This document shows positions 19,016-28,709 of a DNA stretch of 64,000 bases, piece after piece; position 1 is the first letter of the stretch, and each line of letters opens with the position of its first letter. The notes beneath the pieces are model-generated. The model made no database searches and was not told the origin of the DNA. It saw nothing but the letters and a program-made list of their open reading frames with translations. Source of the stretch: Escherichia coli (GTDB taxonomy: Bacteria > Pseudomonadota > Gammaproteobacteria > Enterobacterales > Enterobacteriaceae); assembly GCF_003018235.1 (NCBI RefSeq), contig NZ_CP027439.1; one strand, 5' to 3'. The position numbers and the translations under genes were made by a program.

Positions 19016-21646
19016 ATGAGTAATAACCCACTTGAGGCCGTCACTCAGGCGGTTAACTCCCTCGTCACAGCACTGAAACTGCCTGACGAATCAGCAAAGG
19101 CCAATGAAGTGCTGGGCGAAATGAGCTTCCCGCAGTTCAGCCGTCTGCTGCCGTACCGTGATTACAACCAGGAATCCGGTCTGTTCATGAATGACACCAC
19201 GATGGGCTTTATGCTGGAAGCCATTCCCATCAATGGGGCGAATGAGTCCATTGTGGAGGCCCTCGATCATATGCTGCGCACCAAACTGCCGCGCGGTATT
19301 CCGTTGTGTATCCATCTGATGTCCAGTCAGCTGGTTGGTGACAGGATTGAATACGGGCTGCGTGAGTTCTCCTGGTCTGGCGAACAGGCCGAACGGTTTA
19401 ACGCCATTACCCGTGCCTATTATATGAAAGCGGCAGCGACACAGTTTCCGCTGCCGGAGGGGATGAATCTGCCCCTGACCCTGCGCCATTACCGGGTGTT
19501 TATCTCGTACTGTTCTCCCTCGAAGAAAAAAAGCCGGGCTGACATTCTGGAAATGGAAAATCTGGTGAAAATCATCCGTGCCTCTTTTCACGGCGCAAAA
19601 ATCACCACACAGACAGTGGATGCACAGGCTTTCATCGAGATTGTCGGGGAGATGATTAACCATAATCCGGACTCTCTGTACCCGAAAAGACGTCAGCTGG
19701 ACCCGTATTCTGATCTGAATTATCAGTGTGTGGAGGACAGTTTTGATCTGAAGGTCCGGGCGGATTACCTGACGCTGGGGCTGCGTGAGAACGGCAGGAA
19801 CAGCACAGCCCGTATCCTGAATTTCCATCTGGCCCGTAACCCGGAAATCGCCTTCCTGTGGAACATGGCCGATAACTACAGCAATCTGCTGAACCCGGAA
19901 ATGTCCATTTCCTGCCCGTTCATCCTGACGCTGACACTGGTGGTGGAAGATCAGGTGAAAACCCACAGTGAAGCCAACCTGAAGTACATGGACCTGGAGA
20001 AAAAGTCGAAGACCTCCTATGCCAAATGGTTTCCGTCCGTGGAGAAAGAGGCGAAGGAGTGGGGGGAACTGCGCCAGCGGCTGGGCTCCGGTCAGTCTTC
20101 TGTCGTGTCCTACTTCCTTAACATCACAGCATTCTGCAAGGATAACAATGAAACGGCTCTGGAAGTGGAGCAGGACATTCTGAACAGCTTTCGTAAAAAC
20201 GGTTTTGAGCTGATTTCACCGCGCTTTAACCACATGCGCAATTTCCTGACCTGCCTGCCCTTTATGGCCGGGAAAGGGCTGTTTAAACAGCTGAAAGAGG
20301 CCGGTGTGGTTCAGCGCGCAGAGAGCTTTAATGTGGCCAACCTGATGCCGTTAGTGGCGGATAACCCCCTGACACCGGCAGGCCTGCTGGCACCCACCTA
20401 CCGTAACCAGCTGGCGTTTATCGATATCTTCTTTAAGGGGATGAATAACACCAACTACAACATGGCGGTCTGTGGCACCTCCGGGGCCGGTAAAACCGGG
20501 CTGATACAGCCACTTATCCGCAGCGTGCTGGACTCCGGGGGCTTTGCCGTGGTGTTCGACATGGGGGATGGCTACAAGTCTTTGTGTGAGAACATGGGGG
20601 GCGTATATCTGGACGGTGAAACCCTGCGCTTTAACCCGTTTGCGAACATCACTGATATTGACCAGTCAGCGGAGCGTGTCCGTGACCAGTTGTCGGTGAT
20701 GGCCAGCCCCAACGGTAACCTGGATGAAGTGCATGAAGGTCTGTTGCTGCAGGCGGTCAGAGCCTCCTGGCTGGCTAAAAAGAAGCAGGCGCGCATTGAT
20801 GATGTGGTGGATTTCCTGAAAAACGCCCGTGATAACGACCAGTATGTCGAGTCACCGACCATCCGCAGCCGTCTGGACGAAATGATTGTGCTGCTTGACC
20901 AGTACACTGCCAACGGCACTTACGGCCGGTATTTTAACTCTGATGAACCGTCCCTACGGGATGATGCCAGAATGGTGGTGCTGGAGCTGGGCGGACTGGA
21001 AGACCGTCCGTCACTGCTGGTTGCGGTGATGTTCAGCCTTATCATTTACATCGAGAACCGGATGTACCGCACGCCGCGTAACCTCAAGAAACTGAACGTC
21101 ATTGATGAAGGCTGGCGTCTGCTGGACTTCAAAAATCGTAAAGTTGGTGAGTTTATTCAAAAAGGTTACCGCACCTGTCGCCGTCATACCGGTGCCTATA
21201 TCACCATCACACAGAACATCGTCGACTTTGACTCTGACAAGGCATCCAGCGCAGCCCGTGCGGCATGGGGTAACTCCTCCTACAAAATTATCCTCAAACA
21301 GAGTGCGAAGGAGTTCGCGAAATATAACCAGTTATTCCCGGATCAGTTCCAGCCACTGCAGCGCGACATGATTGGTAAGTTTGGTGCGGCCAAAGACCAG
21401 TGGTTCAGTTCCTTCCTGCTGCAGGTGGAAAACCATTCCTCCTGGCACCGTCTGTTTGTGGACCCGTTAAGCCGTGCCATGTACAGCTCTGACGGCCCGG
21501 ATTTTGAGTTTGTGCAGCAGAAACGCAGAGAGGGTATGAGTATTCATGAGGCGGTGTGGCAGCTGGCGTGGAAGAAATCGGGGCCGGAGATGGCTTCGCT
21601 GGAGGCCTGGCTGGAAGAACATGAGAAATACAGGAGTGTTGCATGA
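19016..21646 (+). CDS. traC: T4SS ATPase TraC (VirB4 family)
   Basis: 876 aa with Walker A GTSGAGKT. Confidence 0.95.
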   Translation: MSNNPLEAVTQAVNSLVTALKLPDESAKANEVLGEMSFPQFSRLLPYRDYNQESGLFMNDTTMGFMLEAIPINGANESIVEALDHMLRTKLPRGIPLCIHLMSSQLVGDRIEYGLREFSWSGEQAERFNAITRAYYMKAAATQFPLPEGMNLPLTLRHYRVFISYCSPSKKKSRADILEMENLVKIIRASFHGAKITTQTVDAQAFIEIVGEMINHNPDSLYPKRRQLDPYSDLNYQCVEDSFDLKVRADYLTLGLRENGRNSTARILNFHLARNPEIAFLWNMADNYSNLLNPEMSISCPFILTLTLVVEDQVKTHSEANLKYMDLEKKSKTSYAKWFPSVEKEAKEWGELRQRLGSGQSSVVSYFLNITAFCKDNNETALEVEQDILNSFRKNGFELISPRFNHMRNFLTCLPFMAGKGLFKQLKEAGVVQRAESFNVANLMPLVADNPLTPAGLLAPTYRNQLAFIDIFFKGMNNTNYNMAVCGTSGAGKTGLIQPLIRSVLDSGGFAVVFDMGDGYKSLCENMGGVYLDGETLRFNPFANITDIDQSAERVRDQLSVMASPNGNLDEVHEGLLLQAVRASWLAKKKQARIDDVVDFLKNARDNDQYVESPTIRSRLDEMIVLLDQYTANGTYGRYFNSDEPSLRDDARMVVLELGGLEDRPSLLVAVMFSLIIYIENRMYRTPRNLKKLNVIDEGWRLLDFKNRKVGEFIQKGYRTCRRHTGAYITITQNIVDFDSDKASSAARAAWGNSSYKIILKQSAKEFAKYNQLFPDQFQPLQRDMIGKFGAAKDQWFSSFLLQVENHSSWHRLFVDPLSRAMYSSDGPDFEFVQQKRREGMSIHEAVWQLAWKKSGPEMASLEAWLEEHEKYRSVA

Positions 21647-22029
21647 CCACAACGCAAAAAACGACTGACGTTACAGCCCGTCGACGCAGCCACTGGTGGT
21701 GGACGGTGCCGGGATGCCTGGCAATGGTGTTACTGAACGCAGCCGTCAGTTACGGCATTGTCAGACTGAACGCACCAGTGACTGTCGCCTTCAACATGAA
21801 ACAGACCGTGGATGCGTTTTTTGACAGCGCCAGTCAGAAACAACTGTCAGAAGCACAGTCAAAAGCCCTTTCAGCGCGTTTTAATACGGCACTGGAAGCC
21901 AGCCTGCTGACGTGGCAGCAGAAACACCACGCGGTCATTCTGGTTTCGCCTGCCGTGGTACAGGGGGCACCGGATATCACCCGGGAAATCCAGCAGGATA
22001 TTGCCCGGCGGATGAGGGCGGAGCCATGA
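21643..22029 (+). CDS. trbI: TrbI
   Basis: 128 aa, conserved position. Confidence 0.8.
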   Translation: MTTTQKTTDVTARRRSHWWWTVPGCLAMVLLNAAVSYGIVRLNAPVTVAFNMKQTVDAFFDSASQKQLSEAQSKALSARFNTALEASLLTWQQKHHAVILVSPAVVQGAPDITREIQQDIARRMRAEP

Positions 22030-22658
22030 GATGCCGGGGGCTGATTGCCCTGCTGATATGGGGGCAGAGTGTGGCCGCAGCCGATCTTGGCACCTGGGGC
22101 GATCTGTGGCCGGTGCAGGAGCCGGACATGCTGACGGTGATCATGCAGCGCCTGACGGCACTGGAGCAGTCCGGTGAGATGGGCCGGAAAATGGATGCCT
22201 TTAAGGAGCGGGTGATCCGCAACAGCCTGCGGCCCCCTGCCGTTCCCGGAATCGGACGCACGGAAAAATACAGCAGCCGGTTGTTTGACCCGTCCGTCAG
22301 ACTGGCTGCGGATATCCGGGATAACGAAGGGCGGGTGTTTGCCCGTCAGGGAGAAGTGATGAATCCGCTGCAGTATGTCCCTTTTAACCAGACGCTGTAT
22401 TTCATCAATGGCGATGATCCGGCGCAGGTGACCTGGATGAAACGCCAGACGCCGCCCACACTGGAGAGCAAAATTATCCTCGTGCAGGGCAGTATCCCGG
22501 AGATGCAGAAGTCTCTGGACAGCCGTGTTTACTTTGACCAGAACGGTGTGCTCTGCCAGCGCCTCGGCATTGATCAGGTCCCGGCACGGGTGAGCGCCGT
22601 TCCCGGCGATCGCTTCCTGAAGGTGGAATTTATTCCGGCAGAGGAGGGCAGAAAATGA
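22026..22658 (+). CDS. traW: TraW
   Basis: 210 aa from ATG 22026 overlapping the trbI stop (ATGA). Confidence 0.85.
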   Translation: MRCRGLIALLIWGQSVAAADLGTWGDLWPVQEPDMLTVIMQRLTALEQSGEMGRKMDAFKERVIRNSLRPPAVPGIGRTEKYSSRLFDPSVRLAADIRDNEGRVFARQGEVMNPLQYVPFNQTLYFINGDDPAQVTWMKRQTPPTLESKIILVQGSIPEMQKSLDSRVYFDQNGVLCQRLGIDQVPARVSAVPGDRFLKVEFIPAEEGRK

Positions 22659-23647
22659 AGCGAAGCCTGTGGCTGCTGATGTTATTCCTTCTCGCCGGTC
22701 ATGTCCCTGCAGCGTCTGCGGATTCTGCCTGTGAGGGGCGTTTTGTAAACCCGATCACGGATATCTGCTGGAGCTGTATTTTCCCGCTCTCGCTGGGCAG
22801 TATCAAAGTCAGTCAGGGTAAGGTCCCCGACACAGCGAACCCGTCGATGCCCATTCAGATTTGTCCGGCACCGCCGCCGCTGTTCAGGCGTATCGGGCTG
22901 GCCATTGGTTACTGGGAGCCGATGGCGCTGACGGACGTCACCCGATCACCGGGATGCATGGTTAACCTGGGCTTCAGCCTGCCGGCTTTTGGTAAAACGG
23001 CACAGGGAACGGCGAAAAAGGATGAGAAGCAGGTGAACGGGGCGTTCTATCACGTTCACTGGTACAAATACCCGCTGACGTACTGGCTTAACATCATCAC
23101 ATCGCTGGGCTGTCTGGAAGGTGGTGACCTGGATATCGCTTATCTTTCTGAAATCGACCCCACCTGGACGGACAGCAGCCTGACCACCATTCTCAATCCG
23201 GAAGCTGTCATCTTTGCCAATCCGATAGCACAGGGGGCCTGTGCAGCAGATGCCATTGCCAGCGCCTTTAATATGCCTCTCGATGTTCTGTTCTGGTGTG
23301 CCGGTTCGCAGGGCAGTATGTACCCGTTCAATGGCTGGGTGAGTAATGAGTCCAGTCCGTTGCAGTCCTCCCTGCTGGTCAGTGAACGCATGGCGTTCAA
23401 GCTGCACCGTCAGGGCATGATTATGGAAACCATCGGGAAAAATAACGCCGTCTGTAATGAATATCCGTCCCCAATCCTGCCCAAAGAACGCTGGCGTTAC
23501 CAGATGGTGAATATGTACCCGGACAGCGGACAGTGCCACCCGTTCGGGCGCAGTGTGACCCGCTGGGAAACCGGGAAAAATCCGCCCAATACAAAGAAAA
23601 ACTTCGGCTACCTGATGTGGCGTAAACGTAACTGTGTCTTCCTGTGA
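22655..23647 (+). CDS. traU: TraU
   Basis: 330 aa with signal peptide. Confidence 0.9.
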   Translation: MKRSLWLLMLFLLAGHVPAASADSACEGRFVNPITDICWSCIFPLSLGSIKVSQGKVPDTANPSMPIQICPAPPPLFRRIGLAIGYWEPMALTDVTRSPGCMVNLGFSLPAFGKTAQGTAKKDEKQVNGAFYHVHWYKYPLTYWLNIITSLGCLEGGDLDIAYLSEIDPTWTDSSLTTILNPEAVIFANPIAQGACAADAIASAFNMPLDVLFWCAGSQGSMYPFNGWVSNESSPLQSSLLVSERMAFKLHRQGMIMETIGKNNAVCNEYPSPILPKERWRYQMVNMYPDSGQCHPFGRSVTRWETGKNPPNTKKNFGYLMWRKRNCVFL

Positions 23648-23652
23648 GGTGA

Positions 23653-24294
23653 ATGATGAAGCTGAGTATGAAATCTCTGGCAGCACTGCTGATGATGCTG
23701 AACGGGGCGGTTATGGCGTCAGAAAACGTGAACACTCCTGAAAACCGCCAGTTCCTGAAGCAGCAGGAAAATTTAAGCAGACAACTGCGTGAAAAACCTG
23801 ACCATCAGCTGAAAGCCTGGGCGGAGAAGCAGGTGCTGGAAAACCCCCTTCAGCGTTCAGATAACCATTTCCTGGATGAGCTGGTTCGTAAACAGCAGGC
23901 TTCGCAGGACGGGAAACCCCGGCAGGGTGCTCTGTATTTTGTGTCGTTTTCCATTCCCGAAGAGGGGCTGAAACGAATGCTGGGCGAAACCCGGCACTAC
24001 GGTATACCCGCCACACTGCGGGGCATGGTGAACAATGACCTGAAGACCACCGCTGAAGCCGTGCTGTCCCTGGTGAAAGACGGCGCGACTGATGGTGTTC
24101 AGATCGACCCGACGCTGTTTTCACAGTATGGCATTCGCAGTGTACCGGCACTGGTGGTGTTCTGCAGTCAGGGATACGACATCATCCGGGGAAACCTGCG
24201 GGTCGGCCAGGCGCTGGAGAAAGTGGCCGCCACGGGTGACTGCTGGCAGGTGGCTCATGATTTACTGGCAGGGAAAGGAGATTCCGGGAAATGA
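23653..24294 (+). CDS. trbC: TrbC
   Basis: Signal peptide, conserved position. Confidence 0.85.
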   Translation: MMKLSMKSLAALLMMLNGAVMASENVNTPENRQFLKQQENLSRQLREKPDHQLKAWAEKQVLENPLQRSDNHFLDELVRKQQASQDGKPRQGALYFVSFSIPEEGLKRMLGETRHYGIPATLRGMVNNDLKTTAEAVLSLVKDGATDGVQIDPTLFSQYGIRSVPALVVFCSQGYDIIRGNLRVGQALEKVAATGDCWQVAHDLLAGKGDSGK

Positions 24295-26099
24295 AACGTA
24301 TTTTACCTCTGATACTGGCTCTGGTTGCCGGCATGGCACAGGCTGACAGCAACAGTGATTACCGGGCCGGCTCTGATTTTGCTCACCAGATCAAAGGACA
24401 GGGAAGCAGCAGTATTCAGGGCTTTAAGCCACAGGAGAGTATCCCCGGCTATAACGCGAATCCGGACGAGACAAAATACTACGGTGGCGTGACTGCCGGC
24501 GGGGATGGCGGCCTGAAAAATGACGGCACCACGGAATGGGCGACCGGTGAAACCGGAAAAACCATCACAGAGTCATTCATGAACAAGCCGAAAGACATTC
24601 TTTCACCGGATGCACCGTTTATCCAGACCGGCAGGGATGTGGTGAACCGGGCTGACAGCATTGTGGGAAACACCGGGCAGCAGTGCAGTGCGCAGGAGAT
24701 TAGCCGGAGTGAATACACGAATTACACCTGTGAGCGGGATTTACAGGTGGAGCAGTACTGCACACGAACTGCCCGTATGGAGCTGCAGGGGAGTACCACA
24801 TGGGAAACCCGGACGCTGGAGTATGAAATGAGTCAGCTACCTGCACGTGAAGTGAATGGTCAGTATGTTGTCTCCATTACCTCTCCCGTTACCGGTGAAA
24901 TTGTCGATGCGCATTACAGCTGGAGTCGTACTTACCTGCAGAAGAGTGTACCTATGACAATTACAGTACTGGGAACCCCACTGAGCTGGAATGCCAAATA
25001 CTCAGCAGATGCCTCATTTACACCAGTACAGAAAACACTGACTGCCGGTGTTGCTTTTACGTCATCTCACCCCGTCCGGGTCGGGAATACAAAATTCAAA
25101 CGTCATACGGCAATGAAGCTGCGTCTGGTTGTCAGGGTAAAAAAAGCCTCGTACACCCCGTATGTTGTCTGGTCTGAAAGCTGCCCGTTCAGCAAGGAGC
25201 TGGGGAAACTGACAAAAACAGAATGTACGGAGGCTGGCGGGAACAGGACGCTGGTGAAAGACGGTCAGTCATACAGCATGTACCAGAGCTGCTGGGCATA
25301 CCGGGACACGTATGTCACGCAGTCAGCAGACAAGGGAACCTGTCAGACCTACACCGACAATCCTGCCTGTACCCTGGTGTCGCACCAGTGCGCCTTTTAC
25401 TCCGAAGAAGATGCCTGTCTGCATGAATATGCCACGTACTCCTGCGAGTCAAAAACATCCGGGAAAGTGATGGTCTGTGGGGGAGACGTCTTCTGTCTCG
25501 ATGGCGAATGCGATAAGGCTCAGAGCGGGCAGAGTAATGATTTTGCCGAAGCCGTTTCTCAGCTGGCGGCACTGGCCGCTGCAGGTAAGGATGTCGCGGC
25601 GCTGAACGGGGTGGATGTCCGTGCTTTCACCGGACAGGCGAAATTTTGTAAGAAGGCTGCAGCCGGATACAGCAACTGCTGTAAGGACAGCGGCTGGGGA
25701 CAGGATATTGGGCTGGCCAAATGCAGCAGTGATGAAAAAGCCCTGTCTAAAGCAAAATCAAACAAACTGACCGTCAGCGTCGGGGAATTCTGTTCGAAGA
25801 AAGTGCTGGGTGTCTGTCTGGAGAAAAAACGCAGCTACTGTCAGTTTGATTCGAAACTGGCGCAGATAGTCCAGCAGCAGGGGCGCAACGGGCAGCTACG
25901 TATCAGTTTTGGTAGTGCGAAGCATCCTGACTGTCGGGGAATTACGGTTGATGAACTGCAGAAAATTCAGTTCGACAGACTGGATTTCACTAACTTCTAC
26001 GAAGACCTGATGAATAACCAGAAAATCCCTGACAGTGGCGTTCTGACGCAGAAAGTGAAAGAGCAGATTGCTGAACAGCTGAAACAGGCAGGACAGTAA
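24291..26099 (+). CDS. traN: Mating-pair stabilisation protein TraN
   Basis: 602 aa, Cys-rich outer-membrane protein. Confidence 0.92.
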   Translation: MKRILPLILALVAGMAQADSNSDYRAGSDFAHQIKGQGSSSIQGFKPQESIPGYNANPDETKYYGGVTAGGDGGLKNDGTTEWATGETGKTITESFMNKPKDILSPDAPFIQTGRDVVNRADSIVGNTGQQCSAQEISRSEYTNYTCERDLQVEQYCTRTARMELQGSTTWETRTLEYEMSQLPAREVNGQYVVSITSPVTGEIVDAHYSWSRTYLQKSVPMTITVLGTPLSWNAKYSADASFTPVQKTLTAGVAFTSSHPVRVGNTKFKRHTAMKLRLVVRVKKASYTPYVVWSESCPFSKELGKLTKTECTEAGGNRTLVKDGQSYSMYQSCWAYRDTYVTQSADKGTCQTYTDNPACTLVSHQCAFYSEEDACLHEYATYSCESKTSGKVMVCGGDVFCLDGECDKAQSGQSNDFAEAVSQLAALAAAGKDVAALNGVDVRAFTGQAKFCKKAAAGYSNCCKDSGWGQDIGLAKCSSDEKALSKAKSNKLTVSVGEFCSKKVLGVCLEKKRSYCQFDSKLAQIVQQQGRNGQLRISFGSAKHPDCRGITVDELQKIQFDRLDFTNFYEDLMNNQKIPDSGVLTQKVKEQIAEQLKQAGQ

Positions 26100-26122
26100 G
26101 GTAGGGAAAATAACCGGGGGAA

Positions 26123-26383
26123 ATGATGAAAGTCATATTCACGTCGAACCGTTTTATTGATTTTCTTATCCGGCTTTTGATTACAGCGATTGTCATTTCC
26201 CCGGTAATTATCTGGTCGTGGGATACGGTAAAAGAAACCACTGCAGGTGAGATACTTGCTGCTGCTTTCGTTATTTTTTACTCCGGTGTGCTCCTGTTTA
26301 TTCTGTATTTTTGTTTTTCTGCCCTGACTGACCTGCAGAAACCTGATGAAAGAAAAAGTGATGAAAGGAATGAAGATGAATAA
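26123..26383 (+). CDS. trbE: TrbE
   Basis: 86-aa membrane protein. Confidence 0.75.
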   Translation: MMKVIFTSNRFIDFLIRLLITAIVISPVIIWSWDTVKETTAGEILAAAFVIFYSGVLLFILYFCFSALTDLQKPDERKSDERNEDE

Positions 26384-27119
26384 AGCATTACTGCCACTGT
26401 TACTCTGCTGCTTTATTTTTCCGGCGTCAGGAAAAGATGCAGGCTGGCAGTGGTATAACGAGAAAATAAATCCGAAGGAAAAAGAAAATAAACCAGTACC
26501 TGCAGCCCCCCGTCAGGAGCCGGACATTATGCAGAAACTGGCCGCACTGCAGACGGCAACAAAGCGGGCGCTGTACGAAGCCATTCTGTATCCCGGTGTG
26601 GATAATTTTGTGAAATATTTCCGTCTGCAGAATTACTGGACTCAGCAGGCCGGGCTTTTCACCATGAGCGCCAGAAAGGCCATGCTGGCACATCCTGAAC
26701 TGGACTATAACCTGCAGTACAGCCATTACAACGGTACGGTACGGAACCAGCTGGCAGCAGACCAGGCGCAGCAGCGACAGGCCATTGCGAAACTGGCTGA
26801 ACACTACGGCATCATGTTTTTTTACCGGGGGCTGGACCCTATTGACGGGCAGCTGGCGCAGGTCATTAATGGCTTCAGGGATACCTATGGTCTGAGTGTT
26901 ATTCCCGTATCCGTGGATGGCGTGATTAATCCGCTGTTGCCGGATTCCCGGACTGACCAGGGGCAGGCGCAGCGCCTCGGCGTGAAATATTTCCCGGCCA
27001 TGATGCTGGTTGACCCGAAACAGGGCAGTGTTCGCCCGTTATCATACGGCTTTATTTCGCAGGATGATCTGGCAAAACAGTTCCTGAACGTTTCTGAAGA
27101 TTTTAAACCAAATTTTTAA
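26376..27119 (+). CDS. traF: TraF (thioredoxin-fold pilus assembly protein)
   Basis: 247 aa, MNKALLPLLLCCFIFPASG. Confidence 0.9.
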   Translation: MNKALLPLLLCCFIFPASGKDAGWQWYNEKINPKEKENKPVPAAPRQEPDIMQKLAALQTATKRALYEAILYPGVDNFVKYFRLQNYWTQQAGLFTMSARKAMLAHPELDYNLQYSHYNGTVRNQLAADQAQQRQAIAKLAEHYGIMFFYRGLDPIDGQLAQVINGFRDTYGLSVIPVSVDGVINPLLPDSRTDQGQAQRLGVKYFPAMMLVDPKQGSVRPLSYGFISQDDLAKQFLNVSEDFKPNF

Positions 27120-27134
27120 TCGCGGATTTGATTT

Positions 27135-27482
27135 ATGAGTGAAGATTATTTGAAAATGTTTACAGGTGTTTTTCTGTTAATATTTGTCATTATTGCCGGT
27201 TATTTCTTTTCTGAGCGTAATGACAGGAAAATGTTTCTCCTGAGCTCACTGGTTTTCCTTGTTATTAATATCGCGTGTTTATATGTGCTTACCGCCAGTC
27301 TCTGGTTTCTGTGTGGTGCAATTATGAATCAGGGCGCAGCAATGGTTGTTCCAATGGTTATTGGCTCATTACCGGACGTTACGAGCTTCGACAGGTTCAG
27401 AAGAATATTTGTCTGTATTATGTTGTCATCAGTATGGTCCGGAATGATGTGGTTTTTTATAAGGGGGCTTATGACAGGCTAA
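27135..27482 (+). CDS. trbA: TrbA
   Basis: 115-aa membrane protein. Confidence 0.75.
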   Translation: MSEDYLKMFTGVFLLIFVIIAGYFFSERNDRKMFLLSSLVFLVINIACLYVLTASLWFLCGAIMNQGAAMVVPMVIGSLPDVTSFDRFRRIFVCIMLSSVWSGMMWFFIRGLMTG

Positions 27483-27600
27483 GTCATATAAAACGGTAAT
27501 AAAAACCATACAAAATAATGAGGTTGAACTGATTAATATCACACAAACGCGAATATTACAGACATAAATACTCTCATGTAAATAATAACCGGAGTTTAAC

Positions 27601-27885
27601 ATGATAAGTAAACGCAGATTCTCTTTACCCCGGCTTGATATTACGGGAATGTGGGTATTTTCCCTGGGTGTCTGGTTTCATATCGTCGCCCGTCTTGTTT
27701 ACAGCAAACCCTGGATGGCTTTTTTTCTGGCGGAGCTGATTGCGGCCATCCTTGTGCTGTTCGGCGCATACCAGGTGCTGGATGCATGGATTGCCCGTGT
27801 CAGCCGGGAAGAGCGTGAGGCACTGGAAGCCAGGCAACAGGCCATGATGGAAGGGCAGCAGGAGGGCAGACATGTCTCTCATTAA
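27601..27885 (+). CDS. traQ: Pilin chaperone TraQ
   Basis: 94 aa, matches TraQ in size and position. Confidence 0.8.
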   Translation: MISKRRFSLPRLDITGMWVFSLGVWFHIVARLVYSKPWMAFFLAELIAAILVLFGAYQVLDAWIARVSREEREALEARQQAMMEGQQEGRHVSH

Positions 27886-28417
27886 ATCACTGTTGTTCAC
27901 CCTGTTGCTGGCATCCGCTGCCGTGCAGGCCTCCACCCGGGATGAAATTGAACGACTCTGGAATCTGCAGGGCATGGCCGCGCAGCCTGCACAACCGGCA
28001 GCAGGCACGTCAGCCAGGACAGAAAAGCCAGCCCCCCGCTGGTTCCGCCTCAGCAACGGCAGGCAGGTTAACCTGGCCGACTGGAAGGTGGTGCTGTTTA
28101 TGCAGGGGCATTGCCCTTACTGTCACCAGTTTGACCCGGTACTGAAACAGCTGGCACAGCAGTACGGCTTTTCCGTTTTTCCCTACACCCTGGATGGTCA
28201 GGGGGATACCGCCTTTCCGGAGGCATTGCCGGTGCCACCGGACGTGATGCAGACCTTCTTCCCGAATATCCCGGTGGCCACACCGACTACCTTCCTGGTC
28301 AACGTCAACACGCTTGAGGCATTACCGCTTTTACAGGGGGCAACGGATGTTGCCGGTTTTATGGCGCGGATGGATACCGTTCTGCAGATGTACGGAGGGA
28401 AAAAAGGTGCGAAATAA
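27872..28417 (+). CDS. trbB: TrbB (periplasmic thiol-disulfide isomerase)
   Basis: 181 aa with CPYC motif. Confidence 0.88.
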   Translation: MSLIKSLLFTLLLASAAVQASTRDEIERLWNLQGMAAQPAQPAAGTSARTEKPAPRWFRLSNGRQVNLADWKVVLFMQGHCPYCHQFDPVLKQLAQQYGFSVFPYTLDGQGDTAFPEALPVPPDVMQTFFPNIPVATPTTFLVNVNTLEALPLLQGATDVAGFMARMDTVLQMYGGKKGAK

Positions 28418-28709
28418 GCAGGTGGTGTTACTCATTGCCGGAATATCCGGCATCGCGACGGGAATAATCGTCAGCCTGAATATCCCCTTTATCCATCAGG
28501 GGCTTTTTTATCCCGCCAGCCCTGTAGAAATTGTCGTTTCGCTGTGCCTTACCTTTTCTGTTTCTGTTGTGTTTTTTGTGGGGGCAATTGTGGGATGGAT
28601 TTCGGTGTCTGAAATATATTACAGCCGCAGGACTGGACGGAAATATCGGGATATTCCTGCTGAAATGTCGTATGCGCCGGGAGAACACATTAAGGGAGGG
28701 CAAGAATGA
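28407..28709 (+). CDS. trbJ: TrbJ
   Basis: GTG start at 28407 with RBS GGAGGG; membrane protein VRNKQVVLLIAGISG. Confidence 0.6.
   Translation: MRNKQVVLLIAGISGIATGIIVSLNIPFIHQGLFYPASPVEIVVSLCLTFSVSVVFFVGAIVGWISVSEIYYSRRTGRKYRDIPAEMSYAPGEHIKGGQE

Noticed and set aside
19091-19966. 291-aa ORF on the minus strand inside traC
   Set aside because: Fully antisense to a strongly supported conserved gene; no RBS or motif; typical spurious ORF in GC-rich coding DNA.
22946-23686. 246-aa ORF on the minus strand inside traU
   Set aside because: Antisense to traU with no start context or motifs.
27482-27600. artA on the minus strand between trbA and traQ
   Set aside because: No minus-strand ORF of the expected size is present in the 118-bp gap or overlapping neighbours.
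28407-28709. Search for trbF between trbJ and traH
   Set aside because: trbJ's stop overlaps the traH start, leaving no room for a separate trbF ORF; it is either absent in this plasmid or not recognisable.
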